Position numbers and translations under genes: made by a program. From Gammaproteobacteria bacterium (GTDB lineage: Bacteria; Pseudomonadota; Gammaproteobacteria; GCA-001735895): a stretch of 64,000 nucleotides of DNA. Each line of letters begins with the position of its first letter. Position 1 is the first letter of the stretch. The notes beneath the pieces were generated by a model. The model ran no database searches and was not told the DNA's origin. It saw only the letters and a program-made list of their open reading frames with translations. This document shows, one piece after another, positions 43,233-51,983 of this stretch. The stretch covers positions 8,602-72,601 of the forward strand of contig JANTFI010000001.1 in the NCBI GenBank assembly GCA_024763505.1. The letters are read 5' to 3'.

Positions 43233-44027
43233 ATGTTCCTGAGACACGCACAAAATGCGTTGACATTGTCCTGGTATTTGAGTGTCGCATTGGTTATTTA
43301 TATCGGTTGGTCAGTCCGAGAGCAACGCTATCTGTTGGCTGAATCGGGTATTGGCTATTGGCTTGGCATTATCGGCGGAGCCATGATGCTGTTGCTTCTT
43401 TATTATCCGGTTCGTAAACGAAAGCCACGCTGGAAATATTCCGGCTCGATCAAATTCTGGTTTCGCTTCCACATGTTTCTGGGAATCGCGGGTCCAGTAC
43501 TGATTATTCTCCATTCCGGCTATCGACTGGGATCACTCAATGGCACGGTCGCATTTTTCTGCATGTTGATCGTGGCTGGCAGCGGGCTGATTGGCCGCTA
43601 TCTGTACCGGCGTATTCATCATGGCTTGTATGGCGAAAAAATCCGCTTCGAAGAGCTGTATCACAAGGATCAAAGCTGGGAAGAAAAGCTCGCAGAACTG
43701 AAGAATAAATATCCCGAACCGGTGGAAAAGCTCGGTGTTATTGAATCTCAACTGGTACAACACGGAGCCGCTGCCAGCCGTTCTCTCTGGTTTTACCAGT
43801 CGATGCAGTGGCAGTTGCAGACATTGAAGCGACAAATCATTCAGCAGTTGGGAAAAAATTCCGCAGACAGCGCCGGATTTCAGCAACGAATTCAAAGCCT
43901 GAAATCGATCACCAGCCTCGGAGTCCACGAGATTCTGTTTTCATACTGGCATATCCTGCATTTTCCCTTATTCATCATGCTGCTCATCTCCGGCATTACT
44001 CATGTCGTCGTGGTGCATTTTTACTAA
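43233..44027 (+). CDS. Polytopic His-rich membrane protein, candidate b-type cytochrome / quinol-side electron-transfer subunit.
   Basis: 264 aa. About 5 TM helices with conserved-looking His pairs (FRFHMFLGIAGPVLIILHSGY, YWHILHFPLFIMLLISGITHVVVVHFY). Its stop overlaps the start of the first multiheme cytochrome. Confidence 0.45.
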   Translation: MFLRHAQNALTLSWYLSVALVIYIGWSVREQRYLLAESGIGYWLGIIGGAMMLLLLYYPVRKRKPRWKYSGSIKFWFRFHMFLGIAGPVLIILHSGYRLGSLNGTVAFFCMLIVAGSGLIGRYLYRRIHHGLYGEKIRFEELYHKDQSWEEKLAELKNKYPEPVEKLGVIESQLVQHGAAASRSLWFYQSMQWQLQTLKRQIIQQLGKNSADSAGFQQRIQSLKSITSLGVHEILFSYWHILHFPLFIMLLISGITHVVVVHFY

Positions 44028-45592
44028 TGAAAAGGTTATGGACCACATTGTTTCTGCTGGCTCTACTGGTTAGCCAATCGGCCTGGGGTATCAGTCTGGA
44101 AAACCTGTTCTCTCCGGGTGAATTGATCGACGGGCATGCCAAAATCCAGCAAGATTGCAAGCAATGCCATGTGCGCGGGCGTGATCTCACGCAAAACGAT
44201 TTGTGTCTGGATTGCCATGAAAAGGTTAGCGCCGATGTCCACAACCGCAAGGGGTTTCATGGTCGTAGCGAACAAGTGGAATCCGTACAGTGTCGATCCT
44301 GCCATACCGATCACAAGGGCAGGGATGCCGATATTGTGTGGCTGGATCAGGATCGCTTCAACCATGAAATGAGCGATTACCGGCTGATTGGCAAGCACCG
44401 GCAAGCGAAATGCGAGAGTTGCCACGAGTCAGACAAACATTATCGCGAAGCCCCCTCGGCCTGCATTGATTGCCACAAGAAAGACGACGTGCACAAAAAC
44501 AAGCTGGGTAAAAAATGCGGGTCTTGCCATAACCCGAAAGCCTGGAGCAGTGAACAATTCGATCATGACCAGACGGCATTCAAACTCCGCTTTGCCCATA
44601 AACAAGTCGCCTGCGATCTTTGCCATGTCGAAAACCGCTACAAGAAAACGCCGAAAACCTGTGTTTCCTGTCATGCCATCAAGGATGTTCACCAAAACCG
44701 TTTCGGTAATGACTGCAAAGCCTGTCACAACACTGAAAAATGGGAAAAGCCGCGCTTCGATCACGACCGCAATACGCGTTTCAAACTCGAATCCAGTCAT
44801 CGTTCGGTTGGTTGCAACGCTTGCCATGCGCGTACCCGGCAAGCCTTACCCGGAAAAAAATCCAGTCCCCGTCGCTGTATTGCCTGCCACAAGCTCGATG
44901 ATGTGCATCAAGGCGAAAACGGAAAACGCTGTGAGCAATGCCATGCCGAGGATCGCTGGTCGAAAAACAGCTTTGACCATGATCAGGACACGAAATTTAA
45001 ATTGCGCGGCGCTCATGCCAAGGCCAGTTGCGAATCCTGTCATCAGAAAGATTTACGCGGAAAGAAAACCAGCCCGGCCTGTTACAGCTGCCACCAGCAT
45101 CAAGATGCACACAAGGGCCAGGAAGGGGAATCCTGCGAAACCTGTCATAACGATAAAAGCTGGTGGTTGGAAGATGTGCGCTATGACCATGATTTAAGCG
45201 ATTTTCCGTTGCTCGGCCAGCATGCCGTGGTCGGTTGCGAAGCATGCCATTTGTCTTCCGCGTTCAAGGATGTCAAGCAAGCCTGTGTCGATTGTCATGC
45301 AGAAGATGACATCCACGATCAGACTTTGGGGCAAAAATGCCAGCAGTGCCATAACCCGAACGATTGGCTGATTTGGCAATTCGACCACAATCGAACCGAT
45401 TTCAAACTGAAAGGCGCGCATGAAAAGCTGCATTGCCGGCTTTGTCATAACCGGCCAATGGAAAATGCAGTCGAGCTCAAGCAGCAATGTATCGACTGCC
45501 ATCGTGCCGATGATGTGCACGATGGCAATTTTGGCGGCGATTGCGAGCGTTGCCATAACCAGACAGATTTTTCTGTCATTCAAATCAATTAA
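44027..45592 (+). CDS. Multiheme c-type cytochrome with 21 CxxCH motifs, built from 7 triheme (c7-like) modules.
   Basis: 521 aa. Signal peptide MKRLWTTLFLLALLVSQSAWG. 21 CxxCH motifs counted by eye. Recurring module FDHDxTxFKLxGAHxxxxCxxCH...CxxCHxxDDVHxxxxGxxCxxCH. Confidence 0.85.
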   Translation: MKRLWTTLFLLALLVSQSAWGISLENLFSPGELIDGHAKIQQDCKQCHVRGRDLTQNDLCLDCHEKVSADVHNRKGFHGRSEQVESVQCRSCHTDHKGRDADIVWLDQDRFNHEMSDYRLIGKHRQAKCESCHESDKHYREAPSACIDCHKKDDVHKNKLGKKCGSCHNPKAWSSEQFDHDQTAFKLRFAHKQVACDLCHVENRYKKTPKTCVSCHAIKDVHQNRFGNDCKACHNTEKWEKPRFDHDRNTRFKLESSHRSVGCNACHARTRQALPGKKSSPRRCIACHKLDDVHQGENGKRCEQCHAEDRWSKNSFDHDQDTKFKLRGAHAKASCESCHQKDLRGKKTSPACYSCHQHQDAHKGQEGESCETCHNDKSWWLEDVRYDHDLSDFPLLGQHAVVGCEACHLSSAFKDVKQACVDCHAEDDIHDQTLGQKCQQCHNPNDWLIWQFDHNRTDFKLKGAHEKLHCRLCHNRPMENAVELKQQCIDCHRADDVHDGNFGGDCERCHNQTDFSVIQIN

Positions 45593-45875
45593 CGGAGCAG
45601 TGGCGTCGGCTTTACATTGGGCGGATGGTCATTGAGGCAGTGGAAGGCAGGGATGCCTCGAGAACGGGAAAGGCAGTTTTTTTTGGTTATTGTGGTGCAA
45701 GCCTTGTGCGGGTTGATGCGAAAACTTCTCGCTTATTCACAACTGTACTTAGGCAATAACCCACCGGGGAATGAATCCACCAGAAAAAGATTTTACCACT
45801 GCAAGATCCCGAATTCGTTTCGACCTGAATACATTACTTCAGGCCGAACCGGTTTCAGCCACTGAGGAGACGATC

Positions 45876-48035
45876 ATGAAGAACCGCACCGAAATCCGGG
45901 TAGAGCCGCAAACCCGCATGCATTACCAGCCATTCGCGTGGTTGCTGTTGATGTTTGCACTGTTGCTTGCATGGCAAAATGCCAGCTTCGCGGCCCAGCA
46001 ACCTTTTGATCATGATGACACCCGTTTCCCGCTGGATTTTTCTCATGCGCGCGTCAGTTGTGATTCCTGCCATCTGCAAGGCGTTTTCAAGGGCACACCG
46101 GTCAATTGTTCGGGATGTCATGCCAGTGCCAGCCGCATTCAGGCCAGTAGCAAGTCGCCTTCGCATATCAATAGTTCGAATGATTGTGAATTCTGTCATC
46201 AAAGCGGCAACTGGAATGTCGTCACGCGTGTTGACCATTTTGCCGTCAGCGGCAGTTGCCAGAGTTGTCACAACGGCATCAATTCGATGGGCAAAAATCC
46301 GCAACATATCCAGAGCAGCAACCAATGTGATGATTGCCATGTCACATCGAGCTGGAGCAATGCGGTTTTTGATCATGCTGGTGTCATCGGCAGTTGCGTC
46401 ACTTGCCACAATGGCAGTATCGCCACGGGCAAGCATCCAAGCCATATCCTGTCAACCCAGAATTGTGAAGATTGTCATCGAACCATCAGTTGGAAACCGG
46501 CCAGCCGGGTCGATCATGACGCCGTCATTGGCAGTTGCAGCAGTTGTCATAACGGTGTGTTGGCAGAAGGCAAGAATGCCACCCATATTGCAACGACCGC
46601 TCAATGCGACGAGTGCCACAATACCGTGTCCTGGTCATCGGCGACCTTCAATCATGATGGTGTGACTACAGGCTGTTCGAGTTGTCACAATGGCGCTGCC
46701 GCCAAAGGCAAGCATCCACAACATATCGCTTCGACCAATGAATGCGAAGCTTGTCATGCGATCAATCGCTGGGCTCCGGCAACCCGGGTCGATCATGATG
46801 CCGTGAGCGGTAGTTGTTCCAGCTGTCATAATGGTGTGATTGCGACTGGCAAGAGCGCTGACCATTTGAATACAAGCAGTGAATGCGACAGTTGTCATAG
46901 CACGATCAACTGGAATTCGGCCAGTTTCAACCATGATGGTATTACCGATGCCTGTTTCAGTTGCCATAACGGTGTGCAGGAGACGGGTAAAACGCCGCAA
47001 CATATTTCGACCACCAATGATTGCGAACTATGCCATGCACCGTTTGGCTGGGCGCCAGCAACAAGGGTGGATCATGATGCAGTTACCGGCACTTGCTCCA
47101 GTTGTCATAACGGTGTGACTGCCATCGGAAAGAGTCCGCAGCATATTGCCACCAACAGCGAATGCGACAGTTGCCACAACACTATCAACTGGATCTCGGC
47201 CAATTTTACCCATGACGGAATCACGTCTTCCTGCTCGAGTTGTCATAACAGTGTGCAGGCGACCGGCAAGAATCCGCAGCATATAGCCTCAAGCAATGAC
47301 TGTGAACTGTGCCATACCAGCATCGGCTGGATACCGGTGACCCGGGTCGACCATGATGCGGTGAGTGGAACATGCTCGAGTTGTCACAACGGTGTCACGG
47401 CAACCGGTAAAACCGCCGCTCATGTCACGACCAGTAGCGAATGTGATAGCTGTCATACATCCACGGTAAGTTGGAGTACGGTGAATTTTGATCATGCGGG
47501 CGTAACCGGAAACTGTATCAGTTGCCACGATGGTATTACGGCCACGGGCAAGAATCCTCAGCATGTCTCTACCACTAACGAATGCGTGCTATGCCATTCG
47601 ACGGTGGGCTGGGCGCCGGTCCTCAAGGTTGATCATGATGCGGTGCTGGGATCCTGTTCGAGTTGTCATAATGGCACCGTTTCTACCGGTAAGCCGGCAG
47701 ATCACTTTGTCACTGTCAAGGAGTGTGACTATTGTCATTCCACCGTTTCCTGGCCGAGTCTGACCTTTACTCATCAGTCGGTGAATTACCCGGGTGACCA
47801 TCGCGGTTCACTCAGTTGCGTGAGCTGTCACACCGCCAACAGTGAAACCATGATCTGGCCGTTCCCGGCTTATAAGCCAGATTGCGCAGGCTGTCACGCC
47901 AGTGACTATCGACAAAACAAGCATGAAAACTTTAATAATGGCTTCTTCACGGTCAGTGAATTGAGAGACTGCACCGGTGCCTGCCACTCTTCTGCAGGGC
48001 ATCACCGGATTACTGACAGGAGTTGGGGAAATTGA
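45876..48035 (+). CDS. Multiheme c-type cytochrome with 27 CxxCH plus one CxxxCH, built from about 13 tandem paired-CXXCH repeat units.
   Basis: 719 aa. GAGGAG Shine-Dalgarno 7 nt upstream. Signal peptide. Repeat unit about 45 aa: HIxSSNxC[DE]xCH...W...[VF][DN]HDxVxGxCSSCHNGVxATGKxPQ. Confidence 0.85.
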   Translation: MKNRTEIRVEPQTRMHYQPFAWLLLMFALLLAWQNASFAAQQPFDHDDTRFPLDFSHARVSCDSCHLQGVFKGTPVNCSGCHASASRIQASSKSPSHINSSNDCEFCHQSGNWNVVTRVDHFAVSGSCQSCHNGINSMGKNPQHIQSSNQCDDCHVTSSWSNAVFDHAGVIGSCVTCHNGSIATGKHPSHILSTQNCEDCHRTISWKPASRVDHDAVIGSCSSCHNGVLAEGKNATHIATTAQCDECHNTVSWSSATFNHDGVTTGCSSCHNGAAAKGKHPQHIASTNECEACHAINRWAPATRVDHDAVSGSCSSCHNGVIATGKSADHLNTSSECDSCHSTINWNSASFNHDGITDACFSCHNGVQETGKTPQHISTTNDCELCHAPFGWAPATRVDHDAVTGTCSSCHNGVTAIGKSPQHIATNSECDSCHNTINWISANFTHDGITSSCSSCHNSVQATGKNPQHIASSNDCELCHTSIGWIPVTRVDHDAVSGTCSSCHNGVTATGKTAAHVTTSSECDSCHTSTVSWSTVNFDHAGVTGNCISCHDGITATGKNPQHVSTTNECVLCHSTVGWAPVLKVDHDAVLGSCSSCHNGTVSTGKPADHFVTVKECDYCHSTVSWPSLTFTHQSVNYPGDHRGSLSCVSCHTANSETMIWPFPAYKPDCAGCHASDYRQNKHENFNNGFFTVSELRDCTGACHSSAGHHRITDRSWGN
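46080..47720 (+). repeat. Intragenic tandem DNA repeats (about 135 bp unit, about 12 copies, diverged) encoding the paired-CXXCH modules.
   Basis: Recurrent ...gtcgatcatgatgc(g/c)gt...ggcagttgc(a/t)c(c/g)agttgtcataa(c/t)gg... segments at regular spacing through the gene. Confidence 0.7.
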
Positions 48036-48104
48036 TGCGGGCAGGCTTCGATGTTGTTGGCCGGGGTTTTCCTGCCAACCAGACCAAAAAGGATTTGAAA
48101 ACTG

Positions 48105-50234
48105 ATGATAATTAAAAAAATAGTTGCGGCACTCCTGTTGCTCGTGCTTGTCTGGTCTCCTGTTGCCATGCCAGCGGAAACTGTATTATCGGGTGTCGAA
48201 ATGGTTTTGAAAAAATCGGCCGGAACAACACATCTCAAGCAGTACACACTGATTCTGGCCTCTTATGAAAAAATGCCGGCCGGTACTGAGCTAAAAAAGT
48301 TGTCGCGTCTCGACAGTAACTGGGTTTATTTCACCAAAGTGAATGTAAAAAACCGGGTTTATTATCGCCTTGTGGTCGGAAATTATTCGACTCTGAAACA
48401 GGCTCGCAGCGTGCTTGCCGGGTTTCGCAAACAATTCAGCGGAGCCTGGATTCATAAAAGAGATACGTCAGAAATAAAACTGTTGGCTGTAAAAGTGCCG
48501 ATGCTGACCCGCCCATCGGTAACTCGGCCAGGTTCGAAAACATTGCCGGTCAAACCGGCACAAAAAGCAACGTCGTCGGTTACAAATTCCGATATGAAAA
48601 AGGAGCAAGCGCTTACCCGCGACGGGAGGCAATCCAGAAATGTTTTCGCCGAAAAACTGTTGTCGCAATCACGCCAACTGTTGCTGGACCGCAAATACGC
48701 GCAACTGGTTAAGGTCAGCAACAAGGTTATAGAAGTCGGCAATGCCGAACAAAAGCAACGGGGCATGCAATTCGCCGGACTGGCGCGAGAGCGGCAACGC
48801 AAGTTCGCTCAGGCGATTGCGATTTATAAGCGCTTTCTCGAGCAATACCCGGACAGTTCATTGGCACGCAAGATTCAATCCCGCCTGAATACCCTCAAAA
48901 CCATGAATCTTGAACCCAGAACCCGAATGGCCAGACGCAGCAAACAACGCAGTGATGATGGCTGGTCGCTGACCGGGTCCTTTTCCCAGTATTACCGTAA
49001 GAATTTCAATGACACGACCGAGAATGGAAATGAAGTGATCAATGATTCGCTACTTACTGATATCAGTCTGTACGCGCGAAATCGTACACAAAGCAGCACA
49101 ACTATCATCCGATTCGATGGAGGGCTGGTGAGTGATTTTCTGGATGATAGCAACGACAGCAACCTGAGTCGCGCTTCGCTGCGTTATACCAGCCACGATG
49201 CCGACTATGAAGTTATCGCCGGGCGCCAATCGAGAACGGCAAAAGGCGTACTCGGTCGATTCGACGGGGTGGTCTATAGTGGGCTGTCACATGAAAACTG
49301 GGATTACAGCCTGTATGCAGGCTTTCCGGTGCAATCTTCGTCCGATGGTTTCAAGTCCGCACGGCGTTTTATTGGCAGCAATCTCAGTCTGCAACCGGCG
49401 GAAAAAATGGAGCTGGATCTGTATCTGCTGTTTCAGCAAAACGAAGGCTTGACCGATCGTCAGGCGGTCGGCTCACAGCTGCAATACCGCAGTGACAAAG
49501 GGTTCCTGTTCACGATTTTTGATTATGATTTTTTCTATAAAGAGATCAATGACTTGACCGCGATTACGAATTATCGCTTCAGCTCTGTCCTGACTCTGAA
49601 TCTTACCCTTAACTACCGAAATTCGCCGACGCTTACGAGCTTGAACGCGATTCAGGGGCAGGGGGTGACTACATTCGAAGAGTTGACCCGTTTATACCCG
49701 GAGGATGAGATTTATCAGTTGGCCGCAGACCGGACCAGCAAAAGTAAAAATCTGTTTCTTAACGTCAGTTACCAAATCGATCAAGCGCACCAGCTCGATA
49801 CCAGTATTGCGGTTTCGCAAGTCGAAGAAACGGTGGCTTCGGGCGGCGTCGAAGCGGCTCCGGCCAGTGAGGATTTCAATCTATCGAGCAGCTACACCAT
49901 TAACGGTTATTTTCTGCCGGATGATTTCACCACCTTCGGGCTCAGATATTCTGACACCACGTCTTCCCACAGTCTGTCGTTTCGCTTGCGAGCACGGTTC
50001 AAGGGAAGTGAAGGATGGCGATATGATCCGAGACTCCAACTGGATTATCGCGAAAGTAAAACCAGCGGTGTTCAACAGTGGATTGTAAGGCCGAAATTCA
50101 AGGTCAAATATAAACCCAACAAGAAGACAAGCCTGGAAGCCAGTGTCGGCATCGATTATTCAAATTTTGATTTACCGGAGCTGGACGACCAACTGACGAC
50201 CAATTTCCTTATCGGTTATCTTTACCGGATATAA
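48105..50234 (+). CDS. Secreted SPOR-domain + TPR-like + C-terminal beta-barrel protein (putative outer-membrane component).
   Basis: 709 aa. Signal peptide. SPOR-like segment (VYFTKVNVKNRVYYRLVVGNYSTLKQARSVLAGFRKQFSGAWI). Helical TPR-like region. About 430-aa C-terminal region with alternating-hydrophobic, aromatic-rich beta-strand pattern ending ..IGYLYRI. Confidence 0.6.
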   Translation: MIIKKIVAALLLLVLVWSPVAMPAETVLSGVEMVLKKSAGTTHLKQYTLILASYEKMPAGTELKKLSRLDSNWVYFTKVNVKNRVYYRLVVGNYSTLKQARSVLAGFRKQFSGAWIHKRDTSEIKLLAVKVPMLTRPSVTRPGSKTLPVKPAQKATSSVTNSDMKKEQALTRDGRQSRNVFAEKLLSQSRQLLLDRKYAQLVKVSNKVIEVGNAEQKQRGMQFAGLARERQRKFAQAIAIYKRFLEQYPDSSLARKIQSRLNTLKTMNLEPRTRMARRSKQRSDDGWSLTGSFSQYYRKNFNDTTENGNEVINDSLLTDISLYARNRTQSSTTIIRFDGGLVSDFLDDSNDSNLSRASLRYTSHDADYEVIAGRQSRTAKGVLGRFDGVVYSGLSHENWDYSLYAGFPVQSSSDGFKSARRFIGSNLSLQPAEKMELDLYLLFQQNEGLTDRQAVGSQLQYRSDKGFLFTIFDYDFFYKEINDLTAITNYRFSSVLTLNLTLNYRNSPTLTSLNAIQGQGVTTFEELTRLYPEDEIYQLAADRTSKSKNLFLNVSYQIDQAHQLDTSIAVSQVEETVASGGVEAAPASEDFNLSSSYTINGYFLPDDFTTFGLRYSDTTSSHSLSFRLRARFKGSEGWRYDPRLQLDYRESKTSGVQQWIVRPKFKVKYKPNKKTSLEASVGIDYSNFDLPELDDQLTTNFLIGYLYRI

Positions 50235-50345
50235 ACGAATTAGCTGTGCCAGGCGTGCTATCTGGTGTTTTCATCGGCCTGATCTGACACCATCAAACCG
50301 GGTCATTAGAAAATACGTTTACAGGCCTCTCGATAGAAAGCTGTC

Positions 50346-51065
50346 CTATTTGCCCCGAATCTGGTTTTTCATATCCTTGTAATCGATATGGCGCACATCC
50401 TTGCCGTGCACCAGATATAACACGTATTCACAGATATTGGTGGCGTGGTCTCCAATGCGTTCGAGTGCGCGCGCGCACCAGGCTACACGCAGAGCATTCT
50501 TGATCGTGCGCGGGTCTTCCATCATGACGGTTATCAACTGGCGCATCAGCGCTTCGTATTCATTGTCGATCTTGGTGTCTTTCTTGATGGTTTTCAGTGC
50601 AGCCTGATCATCGACCCGGGCAAAGGCATCGAGCGCATTGTGCAACAACTTGCTGACCAGGTTGCCGAGATGTTCGAGCTTGGCGTAATCGGTCGAGGTC
50701 GAGCCTTCATCGATTAATTCCAGTTCGAACTGGCCCAGTTTTTCAGCCTGATCACCGATCCGTTCGAGATCGGTAATGGTTTTGATGATGGCGATAATCA
50801 GACGCAAGTCGGTGGCCGCCGGTTGACGTCGTGCCAGAATCTGCACGCACATTTCGTCGATCTTGACTTCCATCGAATTGACCACATGATCGCCTTCGGC
50901 GACTTGCCGGGCGACTTCAGAATTTGACTCCAGCAATGCCTGAATGCCGGAATTTACCTGGGTTTCTACCAGCCCGCCCATGGCCAGCACATGATTGCGG
51001 ATGTCTTCCAGTTCGCTGTCGAAGCGGCGAGAAATATGCCCGCCGATGGGTGATTCTTGATCCAT
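50346..51065 (-). CDS. phoU: Phosphate-specific transport system accessory protein PhoU.
   Basis: 239 aa, two PhoU repeats. Confidence 0.9.
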   Translation of the reverse strand: MDQESPIGGHISRRFDSELEDIRNHVLAMGGLVETQVNSGIQALLESNSEVARQVAEGDHVVNSMEVKIDEMCVQILARRQPAATDLRLIIAIIKTITDLERIGDQAEKLGQFELELIDEGSTSTDYAKLEHLGNLVSKLLHNALDAFARVDDQAALKTIKKDTKIDNEYEALMRQLITVMMEDPRTIKNALRVAWCARALERIGDHATNICEYVLYLVHGKDVRHIDYKDMKNQIRGK

Positions 51066-51080
51066 GCTTGTTCCTCTTGA

Positions 51081-51923
51081 TTATCCGAATTTGCCGGTAA
51101 TGTAATTCTCGGTCAACTGGTGACGTGGATTAGTGAAAATCTGATTGGTTTGCCCGACCTCGATCAATCGCCCGAGGTGGAAATAGGCCGTACGTTGAGA
51201 TACCCGCGCTGCCTGCTGCATCGAGTGGGTGACGATGGCGATGGTGAAGTTTTCACGTAATTCATCAATCAATTCCTCGATGGTCGCTGTGGCGATCGGG
51301 TCGAGTGCCGAGGCCGGTTCATCCATCAGGATTACTTCCGGGCTGACCGCGATAGTGCGGGCGATGCACAAGCGCTGTTGCTGGCCACCGGACAAACCGG
51401 TACCGGGGGCATCGAGGCGATCCTTGACTTCCTTGAACAGCCCCGCCTTTTGCAAACTGGTTTCAACGATTTCATCGAGTTCGGATGAATTACGCGCCAA
51501 CCCATGAATGCGTGGGCCGTAGGCGACATTATCGTAAATCGACTTGGGAAATGGATTCGGTTTCTGGAACACCATGCCGACCCGGGCGCGAAGCAACACT
51601 GGATCCATCGACTTGCCATAGATATTCTCGCCATCGAGTTTCAATTCACCTTCGACCCGGCAGATCGGTATGGTGTCGTTCATCCGGTTGAGAGAACGCA
51701 GATAAGTGGATTTTCCACAACCGGAAGGGCCGATCAGGGCGATTACTTCGTTTTCGGCGATATCCAGCGAAGCATCGAAAATCGCCTGCTTTTCGCCGTA
51801 GAACACGTTGACGTTGCGGGTGGAAAACTTGGCATTTTCAACCAGGTTTTCACCGATGGTCCCATCAAATTGAATATCCTGATGCGCATCGATAACCGGT
51901 GCTGTTTCATGTAATGTTGTCAT
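51081..51923 (-). CDS. pstB: Phosphate ABC transporter ATP-binding protein PstB.
   Basis: 280 aa. Walker [18 protein letters not shown], Walker B ILMDEP. Confidence 0.92.
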   Translation of the reverse strand: MTTLHETAPVIDAHQDIQFDGTIGENLVENAKFSTRNVNVFYGEKQAIFDASLDIAENEVIALIGPSGCGKSTYLRSLNRMNDTIPICRVEGELKLDGENIYGKSMDPVLLRARVGMVFQKPNPFPKSIYDNVAYGPRIHGLARNSSELDEIVETSLQKAGLFKEVKDRLDAPGTGLSGGQQQRLCIARTIAVSPEVILMDEPASALDPIATATIEELIDELRENFTIAIVTHSMQQAARVSQRTAYFHLGRLIEVGQTNQIFTNPRHQLTENYITGKFG

Positions 51924-51983
51924 AAGACTGCTTTGAATCGTTAAAATTGAATAGCCGAAAAACGTTTATTGCTGCAAAACACG

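Noticed and set aside
45617-45865. 82-aa ORF in the gap between the two multiheme cytochrome genes.
   Set aside because: Poor coding composition, no Shine-Dalgarno site. More likely a 5' UTR/regulatory spacer for the second cytochrome gene.
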